64,000 nt of DNA from positions 1,164,013-1,228,012 of the forward strand of contig CAWBNL010000004.1 in the NCBI GenBank assembly GCA_963790155.1, in the 5' to 3' direction. Made by a program: the position numbers and the translations under genes. The notes under the pieces were generated by a model, which saw only the letters and a list, made by a program, of their open reading frames with translations, did no database searches and was not told where the DNA came from. Numbering within the stretch: the first letter of the stretch is position 1; the number at the start of each line of letters is the position of its first letter. Below, piece after piece: positions 1 through 7,884 of the stretch. The stretch comes from an uncultured Actinomycetota bacterium (lineage in GTDB: Bacteria; Actinomycetota; Actinomycetes; Propionibacteriales; Nocardioidaceae).

Positions 1-221
1 ACCTCCCGGTCCTGCGGGAGGTGGGCGGCGACGCAGCCCTCTGGTTCGACCCGCTCGACCTCGACTCGATCGCAGGCGCGTTGCGCACGGTCGCCACCCG
101 GCCGGAGATCCTGCGCGGCATGGCCGCCGCCGGCATCGAGCAGGCGAACCGGTTCAGCTGGGAACGCGTGGCGAGCGAGACGCTCGAGATCTTCCACCGA
201 GCGCTCGCGGGTGGTGGCTGA
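1..221 (+). CDS. Glycosyltransferase family 4 (GT-B), C-terminal fragment cut by window edge
   Basis: EVGGDAALWFDPLD...RFSWERVASETL is the typical GT4 C-terminus. Confidence 0.8.
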   Translation, partial: LPVLREVGGDAALWFDPLDLDSIAGALRTVATRPEILRGMAAAGIEQANRFSWERVASETLEIFHRALAGGG

Positions 222-230
222 CCCCGCCGC

Positions 231-1127
231 TCAGCGTCCGACGACGTGCTGCAGAGCCTTCGCCAGGCCCGCGCGGCGGTGCGTCCGTGCCGCGGTCGGC
301 AGAACGGTGAGGCCGTGGAGCCTCGACGTCCACCGCAGGCGTGCGGCTCGGGCTGCCCGCGGCCAGCCGTTGCGGCGCATCTGCTCGACGGCACCGGCGT
401 AGTAGCGCCGATCCTGTGCGAACCTGCTCCCGTCCGTGAGAGCGGTCCCCGACATGCTGGTGGAATGACGTCGGTAGGCGAACGTCACCTCGGGATCGAC
501 CAGGAGCACGCATCCGTCGGCCACCATGTCGACCACGAGGGCCAGGTCCAGGATGATCGGGAGGTCCTGGCGGAAGGTGAACTGCCGGATGCGGTCGGTC
601 CGGAACAGCAGGGAGGGCCAGTAGAGCCAGTTCCCCCGTAGCAGGCTCGCCGCCAGGTCCTCTCCCGAGTGGAGGGCGGCCACCGCTGCGCTGGGACGCA
701 GCCACCGCTTGACCCTGTCGGCCAAGGGATCGGACGGCTGGCCGTCGTCGTCGATGATCCGGACCCCGGGCTGGATGATGTCGGCCTCCGGATAGTGGTC
801 GGCCAGGGCACGAGCCCGGGCCACGAAGTCCGGCTCGAGGAGGTCGTCACACCCCATGAACATCATGACCTGACCCGATGCCAGGTCGAGGCTGCGTCGC
901 CAGTTGCCCGCGATGCCGAGGTTGACCTCGTTGCGGAGGTAGCGGATGCGGGGGTCCGCCTCGGCCGCGAAGTGCTCCGCGACCGTGGGATCGGGGTAGC
1001 AGTCGTCCACGACGGTGATCGTCCAGTCGGGGTCGGACTGGGCCCTGACGCTGTCGACCGTGGCGTAGAGCAGGGCAGGCTCGCCCCAGAACGGGATGAA
1101 CACCTCGATCGGTCCCGGGTCGGTCAC
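231..1127 (-). CDS. Glycosyltransferase family 2
   Basis: IPFWG, VVDDC, NLGIAGNW, GCDD (DxD-like) motifs. Confidence 0.9.
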   Translation of the reverse strand: MTDPGPIEVFIPFWGEPALLYATVDSVRAQSDPDWTITVVDDCYPDPTVAEHFAAEADPRIRYLRNEVNLGIAGNWRRSLDLASGQVMMFMGCDDLLEPDFVARARALADHYPEADIIQPGVRIIDDDGQPSDPLADRVKRWLRPSAAVAALHSGEDLAASLLRGNWLYWPSLLFRTDRIRQFTFRQDLPIILDLALVVDMVADGCVLLVDPEVTFAYRRHSTSMSGTALTDGSRFAQDRRYYAGAVEQMRRNGWPRAARAARLRWTSRLHGLTVLPTAARTHRRAGLAKALQHVVGR

Positions 1128-1564
1128 TCGAGCATCTCGTCGCGCGGCTCGGACGTTGCCGGGGTGGTCGGCGCCGGTGTGATCCCGTGGTCGCGCCCGG
1201 ACGGGTGGCCCCCGGCCCGGTTGCCTCCGGCGTGGTCGATCTCGAGTCGCAGGAGTGCGATCTCCTCCGCGAGGGTGCGCGTCCGGTCCTCGAGTCGACC
1301 GAGCTCGGAGCTGTGCTGCAAGGTCAGGATCATGATGACCATCGAGGCGACGAAGAACAGCAGGTTGGCCGGGACCTCCAGGCCGAGGGCTGCGGAGGCG
1401 CGGAACAGCAGGGTCGGGAAGGCGGCGACGGTGATGATCCCCAGCGCGACCAAGGCCCAGATGAGGGCGTACTTCTCCCGCAGCCGGTGCCGTCTCATCA
1501 TCTCGAAGAGCGCCAGCAGGATGATGAGCGACCCAGCGAGGCCGAGGATGGTGATGCCGCTCAT
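1124..1564 (-). CDS. DUF2304-family small membrane protein
   Basis: MSGITILG...RRHRLREKYALIW...LGLEVPANLLF...LEDRTRTLAEEIAL; ATG at 1564, 4-bp overlaps on both sides. Confidence 0.8.
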   Translation of the reverse strand: MSGITILGLAGSLIILLALFEMMRRHRLREKYALIWALVALGIITVAAFPTLLFRASAALGLEVPANLLFFVASMVIMILTLQHSSELGRLEDRTRTLAEEIALLRLEIDHAGGNRAGGHPSGRDHGITPAPTTPATSEPRDEMLE

Positions 1565-2340
1565 CGCTGGCCCTCGGTCAGCTCGGCGAGGGTGCCCTCG
1601 CTCGCCGTCTCCTCGAGCTGGGACGGCCAGTCGCGCACCAGCGCCAGCAGCAGGGCCACGATGGCGCGGAACAGGTAGATCGTCGCCTTCAGCGGTGAGT
1701 GGGAGGCGCGGCCCGCGGTCCTGGCCCGCATCGTCACAGGCTCCTGGATGATGGTGCAGTCGGCGCGGGCGGCGATGACGAGCGACTCCACGGTGTCCCC
1801 GAGGTATTCCGCGGGGTAGTGGGTGGCGAACAGCGCGATGGCGCGCCGGTTGGAGACCCGGAAACCGGACGTGACGTCGGTCAGTGTCGCGTGGGCCAGG
1901 TGGGAGAGGACCCAGGCGAGCAGCTTCATGGCCCATCGACGAGGGCCCCGGACCTTGTAGGGGTCGTCGGGGGTGGCGAACCGGGCGCCGATCACCACGT
2001 CGGCGCTGTCGAGTCGCTCCAGCAGGCGGGGGAGGTAGCGAGGGTCGTGCTGGCCGTCGGCGTCGATCTGCACCGCCGCGTCGTAGTCGTGGCGCAGCGC
2101 GTAGCGGTAGCCCGTACGCATGGCGCCACCGACGCCGAGGTTGAAGGGCAACGTGCACACGGTCGCACCGGCTGCTTGGGCGCGTGCAGCCGTGTGGTCG
2201 GAGGACCCGTCGTCGACCACGAGCAGGTCCGCGTCGGGCACACAGGCGAGGATCTCCTCGATCGTGCTGGTGATCGCGTCCTGCTCGTTCCATGCGGGGA
2301 CGATGATGAGCACGCGGCGCGTGGCTGGACCCCCGGACAT
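1561..2340 (-). CDS. GT2 polyprenol-phosphate glycosyltransferase (DPM synthase-like)
   Basis: IVPAWNE, VVDDGSSD, NLGVGGA, QIDADGQH, DVTSGFR; TAGGGT -10 lies 7 nt upstream of ATG 2340 (alternative ATG 2388). Confidence 0.88.
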   Translation of the reverse strand: MSGGPATRRVLIIVPAWNEQDAITSTIEEILACVPDADLLVVDDGSSDHTAARAQAAGATVCTLPFNLGVGGAMRTGYRYALRHDYDAAVQIDADGQHDPRYLPRLLERLDSADVVIGARFATPDDPYKVRGPRRWAMKLLAWVLSHLAHATLTDVTSGFRVSNRRAIALFATHYPAEYLGDTVESLVIAARADCTIIQEPVTMRARTAGRASHSPLKATIYLFRAIVALLLALVRDWPSQLEETASEGTLAELTEGQR

Positions 2341-2387
2341 GGCCGCGACCCTACCGTCGAGGGGTCCGACTTCCTGCGGACGGGACA

Positions 2388-3704
2388 TCAGCCCATCCCC
2401 CAGATGCGGAGCAGGCTCACGGTGAGGGCCAGCGCGGCCACTGCGCCCAGCGCGAGCGATCCGGCCCGGTCGCGGACGAGGGCAGCCCCGCTGAGGGCCA
2501 TGAGGGGGACGAGGGCGGAGCCGTAGCGCGGGGGAAGCGGGAAGTAGGACTCCGAGACGAGATAGCTGACCGCGGTGAGCCCGAGGCAGCCGACGATCGC
2601 AGCCACGACCGTCGCGCTGGCCAGGTCGCTGTGCGGCCTCGGCGCGCCTCGGAAGAGTCCGGCCCCCAGGACGCCGGCCACCAGCAGCAGGGACGTCACG
2701 TTGGTCACGAACGCAAGCCTGATGGGGTCGCCGAGCGGCACCCACGGTGAGGCGAGGGGGGAGAGGAGCTGGAGCGAGGTCTCCATCAGCCCGGACCACG
2801 GGAACCCGGGGACCAGGAAGCGTGAGGCCATGTCAGGGAGATCGTCGGGGTCCATCTGCCGGCGCTGTGACTGGATCGCCATCCACCCGAGTCCCGTGGC
2901 GAGCGAGACCACGACCGTCCCGAGAGCCAGCCGCGTGTCGCCCGAGGTGAGCTTGTCGCGAACGCCGTTTCGGCGCACTCCCTTGAGGAGGAGGTGGAGG
3001 CAGGCCGCACCGACAGCGAGGATGAAGGTGAGCTTGATCGCGGTCACGAAGGCGGCGATCACCACGAACGCCGTGGCCCAGGTCTTCCCTCCCCTGTTCT
3101 CCCATCCGGTGAGCGCCAGGAGGACCAGGGCGCCGGCGAGCAGCCCCATCGAGTCCGGCGAGATGGTGGAGGCGGGGAACACCAGCGCCGGCGAGGCAGC
3201 GAGCAGCGCCAGCATCGAACCGGCAGCCGCCCGTCCGATGCCTCGCCGCACCGCCACCAGGTAGCTGATCGCCAGGCCGAGGGTCAGCCACAGGCCGCCC
3301 ACGAGGCGACCCGGCGTGACGAGGCTGTCGGCGCCCATGAGGGTGCGGAGCGGAACGGCCAGCACCTTGGTGAGCGAGTAGTAGACCGGGGCGTTCACCG
3401 AACCGGTGCTGTAGCCGCGCTCCTGGTAGGCGTCGGCGTCGAACGTGAAGGACCGTGAGCAGGTCCCCTTCGCGAAGCCGGGGAGGTCCAGTCCGCGGCA
3501 GGACTGCTCGCGCATCGCGTCCTGGCCGACCTTGTCGCCGTACGCCGGGGGTGAGGGGGCCCGGTAGAGATAGTCGATGTGCTGCATCTCGTCGACCGGA
3601 CTGACCGTGGTGTAGCGGTCGACGTGGAGCGCCACCGAGCCGAGTGCGATGACGCTCAGGAGTGCCACGACGAGCGCGTCGACGATCCGAGCTCGCTGCG
3701 CCAC
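2388..3704 (-). CDS. Polytopic membrane protein, probable GT-C-fold glycosyltransferase
   Basis: N-terminal TM then SPVDEMQHIDY (DE motif in first external loop), PVYY, many TM segments, late PRY motif; GTG start after GAGGGG RBS. Confidence 0.65.
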   Translation of the reverse strand: MAQRARIVDALVVALLSVIALGSVALHVDRYTTVSPVDEMQHIDYLYRAPSPPAYGDKVGQDAMREQSCRGLDLPGFAKGTCSRSFTFDADAYQERGYSTGSVNAPVYYSLTKVLAVPLRTLMGADSLVTPGRLVGGLWLTLGLAISYLVAVRRGIGRAAAGSMLALLAASPALVFPASTISPDSMGLLAGALVLLALTGWENRGGKTWATAFVVIAAFVTAIKLTFILAVGAACLHLLLKGVRRNGVRDKLTSGDTRLALGTVVVSLATGLGWMAIQSQRRQMDPDDLPDMASRFLVPGFPWSGLMETSLQLLSPLASPWVPLGDPIRLAFVTNVTSLLLVAGVLGAGLFRGAPRPHSDLASATVVAAIVGCLGLTAVSYLVSESYFPLPPRYGSALVPLMALSGAALVRDRAGSLALGAVAALALTVSLLRIWGMG

Positions 3705-3803
3705 GTGTGCCCCCTCTGTCCGAGCCGTCGGTCCGATCGGGCGAAACGCTATCCGGCGCCGCCGGTTCAACGAAGTCGGCCCGCGGTGTCTAGCCTGATC
3801 GCC

Positions 3804-4526
3804 GTGTCGCGACAGCAGCCCGAGCAGCAACCTCCTCCCGTCCAGCGGCTGCGCGTGCGCTATGCCAAGCGCGGTCGGCTGCGGTTCACCAGTCACCGCG
3901 ACTTCTCGCGGGCCTTCGAGCGAGCCGTGTTCCGGGCGCGCATCCCGATGGCGTACTCCTCGGGCTTCAACCCGCACCCACGCATCTCCTACGCCGGCGC
4001 CTCGCCGACGGGTGCCGCCAGCGAGGCCGAATACCTCGAGCTCGCGCTGCGCGAGGTGCTCGACCCCTCCGACGTGCACCACTCGCTCGACGAGTCGCTG
4101 CCTCCCGGACTGGACGTTCTGGCCGTCGTCGAGTCCGCCGGCGGATCGCTGTCGGACCTGTTGCAGGCCAGCCGGTGGTGTGTCGAGTCCGACCTGCCGC
4201 GCGATGCGGCCGAGGAGGCGGTCGCAACCTTCATGGCGACACCCGAGGTGCTCGTCGAGCGGATGACCAAGAAGGGGATGCGCACCTTCGACGCCCGGGG
4301 TGCGGTGCGATCTCTCGTGGCCCGCGACGGGAGTCGCAGCGACTCGAGCACCGCACTCGACCTGGTGCTGGTCCACGGCGAGCCGACCGTGCGCGCCGAC
4401 GACGTGCTGTCGGGGCTGGCTCGGGTGGGCGGTCTCGACCTGACCGGCCCGGTCCTGCTGACCCGGATCGAGCAGGGGCCCTACGACGAGGCGACCGGAG
4501 TGGTCAGCGACCCCTTCGCGAGCTGA
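3804..4526 (+). CDS. TIGR03936-type radical SAM-associated protein (DUF2344)
   Basis: RLRVRYAKRGRLRFTSHRDF...YSSGFNPHPRISY...SEAEY; normally found upstream of rne in actinobacteria. Confidence 0.9.
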   Translation: MSRQQPEQQPPPVQRLRVRYAKRGRLRFTSHRDFSRAFERAVFRARIPMAYSSGFNPHPRISYAGASPTGAASEAEYLELALREVLDPSDVHHSLDESLPPGLDVLAVVESAGGSLSDLLQASRWCVESDLPRDAAEEAVATFMATPEVLVERMTKKGMRTFDARGAVRSLVARDGSRSDSSTALDLVLVHGEPTVRADDVLSGLARVGGLDLTGPVLLTRIEQGPYDEATGVVSDPFAS

Positions 4527-5701
4527 GCGCCGACCGCTTCACGGACCGGTCCAGTGACGGAGTCCCAGGCCCAGGTGCGGTGGGCGTGCTCGGCCGTCGC
4601 CGACATGGTGGCTGCATAGCGCTCGGACTGGCGAGCCAGGTCGACCGCCTCCTCCAGCGCGTCGTCCCACTCGTGGTCACGGGTGAGCCGGCCGGACACA
4701 CCGTCGGTGATGGCGGCGTCGAGCGACGGCGTGTGCGAGGCGACGGTCCACGTGCCGACCACGGCCGCCTCGAAGAACTTGAGGTCGGACTTGCAGACGT
4801 TGAAGGCGTTGTGACGCAGCGGCGCGATGTTGACCTCGACCTCCGCGATCGAGCGTTGGAGGTCGATGTAGTGCATGAAGGGAACGAAGTCGATGCGGTC
4901 GCGGAACTCCTCCAGGGGACCGACGTCCTCCAGGAAGCCGGCGATGCGGATCGCCACGTCCGGGTCCTTGGCCATGAGGCGCGCAAGAGCAGGCGCAGCG
5001 ACGCGGAAGTCCTGGACGTGCGACGGGGTGCCGCTGAAGTAGCCGATGGTGACGGGGCCGGAGCGCGCGTATCCCTGTGCCTGCTTCGCCTCCAGCACGA
5101 GCCGCGAGAACTCCTGCTGGGCGCGGTTGAGGACGTTGGGCACGACGTGGACGCGGTCGGCGGGCAGGTGCTGGCCCAGGGCCGAGCGCAACGTCTGGTT
5201 GGTGGTGAATGCCCCTTCGCACAACCGCAGGGTCGCGCCGAGCCGGCCCATGTAGGCGAACCAGACGTCCCAGTCCAGGCTCACGGTGGGGTCGCGTCCG
5301 AGGGAGTCCATGATCAGGTCGGCGTAGGACACGTCGAAGACGAGGTCGTCGCAGTCGAAGAGGACCGGGACGCCATGGCGCGCGGCTGCGGCAGCGAGAC
5401 GCCGGACGTTGCCGCCGTAGCCGTGCCGGGCCAGCACGATGGCGTCCAGCTGGGGCACGATCGACAGGATCGCGGGAATGTCGCCGTCGCTGAACCATGC
5501 GGCGCGCAACGAACCGTCCGGGTCGCTGTTGACGGCCTCGACGACATTGGCGACTCGGTAGCGGAAGGTGCTGGTGTCGGGCTGGCCGTAGAACCAGGCG
5601 ACCTTCGCCTCACCGTCGAGCAGTGTTCCGACGCGCTGGGTGACGGTGCTGTCCCAGAGCACCGGTCGCGGGCCGGAAGGACGGGGGAGGTCAACGAACA
5701 T
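4481..5701 (-). CDS. Glycosyltransferase (GT-B type)
   Basis: DTSTFRYRV, FDCDDLVFD, IGYFSGTPSH, NIAPL..N.FN.CKSDLKFFEA motifs; ATG 5701 overlaps upstream gene end. Confidence 0.85.
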   Translation of the reverse strand: MFVDLPRPSGPRPVLWDSTVTQRVGTLLDGEAKVAWFYGQPDTSTFRYRVANVVEAVNSDPDGSLRAAWFSDGDIPAILSIVPQLDAIVLARHGYGGNVRRLAAAAARHGVPVLFDCDDLVFDVSYADLIMDSLGRDPTVSLDWDVWFAYMGRLGATLRLCEGAFTTNQTLRSALGQHLPADRVHVVPNVLNRAQQEFSRLVLEAKQAQGYARSGPVTIGYFSGTPSHVQDFRVAAPALARLMAKDPDVAIRIAGFLEDVGPLEEFRDRIDFVPFMHYIDLQRSIAEVEVNIAPLRHNAFNVCKSDLKFFEAAVVGTWTVASHTPSLDAAITDGVSGRLTRDHEWDDALEEAVDLARQSERYAATMSATAEHAHRTWAWDSVTGPVREAVGAQLAKGSLTTPVASS

Positions 5702-7463
5702 CGGCAGCCTGCATGCGGCCGGCGAACCGGTCCACCAGGGCGTCCACGGTCGGCGCGAGGCTGGTGTTCCAGTCGCGCTCGATCCGGTCGTGGTGCACGT
5801 TGCTCGCCCGCCGGGCGCGGTCATCGGACAGCGCGATGAGCCGCTCCATGCCCGCGAGCAGGCCCTCGACGGTGGGCGGAGCGGTGAGGATGTTGGCCGA
5901 GAAGTCCTCGAGGTCCTGCTTGCTGCCGTGGGTGTTGGTGAGCACCGGGACGCCGGCGGCCGCGAGGTCGAGCGGCGGGTAGGACGGGTGGGGGGTGTCC
6001 ATCAGGACCAGTGCAGCGTCCATGGTGTGCACCAGCGCCTGGTAGTCGAGCCAGTTGAGTCCCTCGACGATGAGTGGTTTGACGTCGCGGGGCAGGGTCA
6101 GGTCCGGGGTGCGCCTGCCCACGAGGTGGAACTCCCACTCGTCGGGGTCGACCAGCCCCTGCTCGACCGCGCGGGCGAGCACGGTGCCGCCACGCCAGAA
6201 CAGGTTGCGGGCGTTCTCGGGGCGGGAGTAGAAGAAGAGGCGGCGCTTTCCCTGCGGACGATCGGGGAGGGCGCCGCCCTCGCGGGCGACCCCGCCCGGG
6301 AACGCCGGGGTGAGCGCGATGGCTTCGTCGGCCAGGTGGGGGTAGTTGTCGTCCGAGCCGAGGTGGTCGAGCAGGCGTTGGGTGTTGACGACCACCGTCA
6401 GGCCGCGCTCTCCGAGGGTCTCGCTGCACATCAGCCGCTCGTCGCCGAAGGCGTAGAACATCCGCTCGTCCTCCTGCAGGAGGTAGAGCACCTGGGCCCG
6501 GTCCACGATGCTGTCGAGCGTCGCTCGGGTGGTCCACCAGGACGTGGTCATCACGATCTCGTCGTCTGCGACCGCGAGCTCGTGGTCGCCCCCGATCGGG
6601 ATGTACGCCGTCTCCAGTGCGCCCTGAAGACTGATCCCCGCGGCCTCCTGGAGCGTGGCGACGACGCTCGGGTCGGGCTGCTCGGTGCGTGTGGCCAGGC
6701 GGAGCGTCGCACCGAAACGGTTGGCCAGCAAGATGGCGAGGATGATGGACGTGCCGACGCCGCCGAAGAGGCTGGACGGGCCCACGCTGTCGGTCAGCAC
6801 GGTGACGCGTGGAGCCGCAGCGGGCAGGTGCGCGACGGGGAGCGGGGCGAGCTGCCCCCACCGCTGGGTGAACAACGAGTCGAAGTAGGGCTCGCGGAGC
6901 TGGCCCCGGGGAGCGATGCGCCCCTCGTGCCGGCCGAAGCGGACGAAGTGGAGGAGCGGGTTGGCCCCGCTCCGGGCGACGTCGGCGTTCTGCCGCTGGT
7001 AGCCCGTCGTGGAGAAGAGCTCGCTGGGGTCGTCGCCGCGGCGCGCTCCGAAGCGGAGGTAGTGGCGCACCTCGTCGGCGCCGTCGGGCAGATCGGGGTG
7101 GAAGTGACGGTAGTAGTCGACGTCGAAGAGCCCGGACTCCAGGATCATCGCGACGTCCTCGGCGAGCGGGTTGAGGCTGCGGCCCTCGACCTGGCCGACC
7201 CGGAGGTAGTGCACGAGGGGATTGATCTTCGCGGCCGCCACGTCGGCGTTGCGCTGCAGGTAGGCGCGCGAGGAGAACGCGGCGGAGGGATCCTTGCCGT
7301 TGAACCCGCCCCGCTTCAGGTAGTGCGCGACCGCGTCCTTGCCCTGCTTGCGAAGACCGGGGTTGTGCTCGAGGTAGAACTCCTCGTCGAAGAGCTCCGA
7401 CTCCCGCAGCAGGTCGGCGTCGCTGAGCTCACGGCGTTGGATCTTGCGCTCTGTGGTGGCCAA
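5691..7463 (-). CDS. WsaF-like rhamnosyltransferase with N-terminal FD..Y...NPDV/PL.HY...G repeats
   Basis: LFGGVGT, TSWWT, YLLQEDERMFY, FYSRP..ARNLF, LMDTPHPSYPPLDLAA in C-terminal domain. Confidence 0.8.
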   Translation of the reverse strand: MATTERKIQRRELSDADLLRESELFDEEFYLEHNPGLRKQGKDAVAHYLKRGGFNGKDPSAAFSSRAYLQRNADVAAAKINPLVHYLRVGQVEGRSLNPLAEDVAMILESGLFDVDYYRHFHPDLPDGADEVRHYLRFGARRGDDPSELFSTTGYQRQNADVARSGANPLLHFVRFGRHEGRIAPRGQLREPYFDSLFTQRWGQLAPLPVAHLPAAAPRVTVLTDSVGPSSLFGGVGTSIILAILLANRFGATLRLATRTEQPDPSVVATLQEAAGISLQGALETAYIPIGGDHELAVADDEIVMTTSWWTTRATLDSIVDRAQVLYLLQEDERMFYAFGDERLMCSETLGERGLTVVVNTQRLLDHLGSDDNYPHLADEAIALTPAFPGGVAREGGALPDRPQGKRRLFFYSRPENARNLFWRGGTVLARAVEQGLVDPDEWEFHLVGRRTPDLTLPRDVKPLIVEGLNWLDYQALVHTMDAALVLMDTPHPSYPPLDLAAAGVPVLTNTHGSKQDLEDFSANILTAPPTVEGLLAGMERLIALSDDRARRASNVHHDRIERDWNTSLAPTVDALVDRFAGRMQAADVR

Positions 7464-7587
7464 CTGCGAAGTCCCCCTCGGTGCGGTGGTGCGACGTCAC
7501 GTCGTGGTGGACGCCGGTGGGCGAGCATATCGGTGGCCGCGGACGGTCGGTGACCGCGAGGAGGCCCGCGCCCCGGTGGCGATGTGC

Positions 7588-7884
7588 GATACTCGCCTCG
7601 TTCGACGTCCCCTGACACCCGTCAGGAACCGTCGAGCCGACGACGTTCTCGCCGGTCACCCCAGTGCCCGGCACTTGGAAGAGGTGGACGTCACCGGACC
7701 GCGACGCGGCCCATCGAGTCAGTGAGAGCGACTCCGGGCAGACGACCGCGGCAGGTGGCAGAAATCCTTCGAAGACGCTGAAGCGGAGGGTGTCGCCGCC
7801 ACTGAAGCTTTGCGTCGCCCGCGATCCTCATCCGAGAGCGGTGGACGCCGTACCGGCACCATGACGGTGCCCGAGGAGCACGAC
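7588..7884 (+). promoter_or_regulatory. Putative rne promoter (TG-extended GATACT -10) and long structured 5' UTR
   Basis: GATACT 7588-7593; hairpins TCGACG/CGTCGA, CCTGAC/GTCAGG, GGCACC/GGTGCC just before the GAGGAG RBS. Confidence 0.45.
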
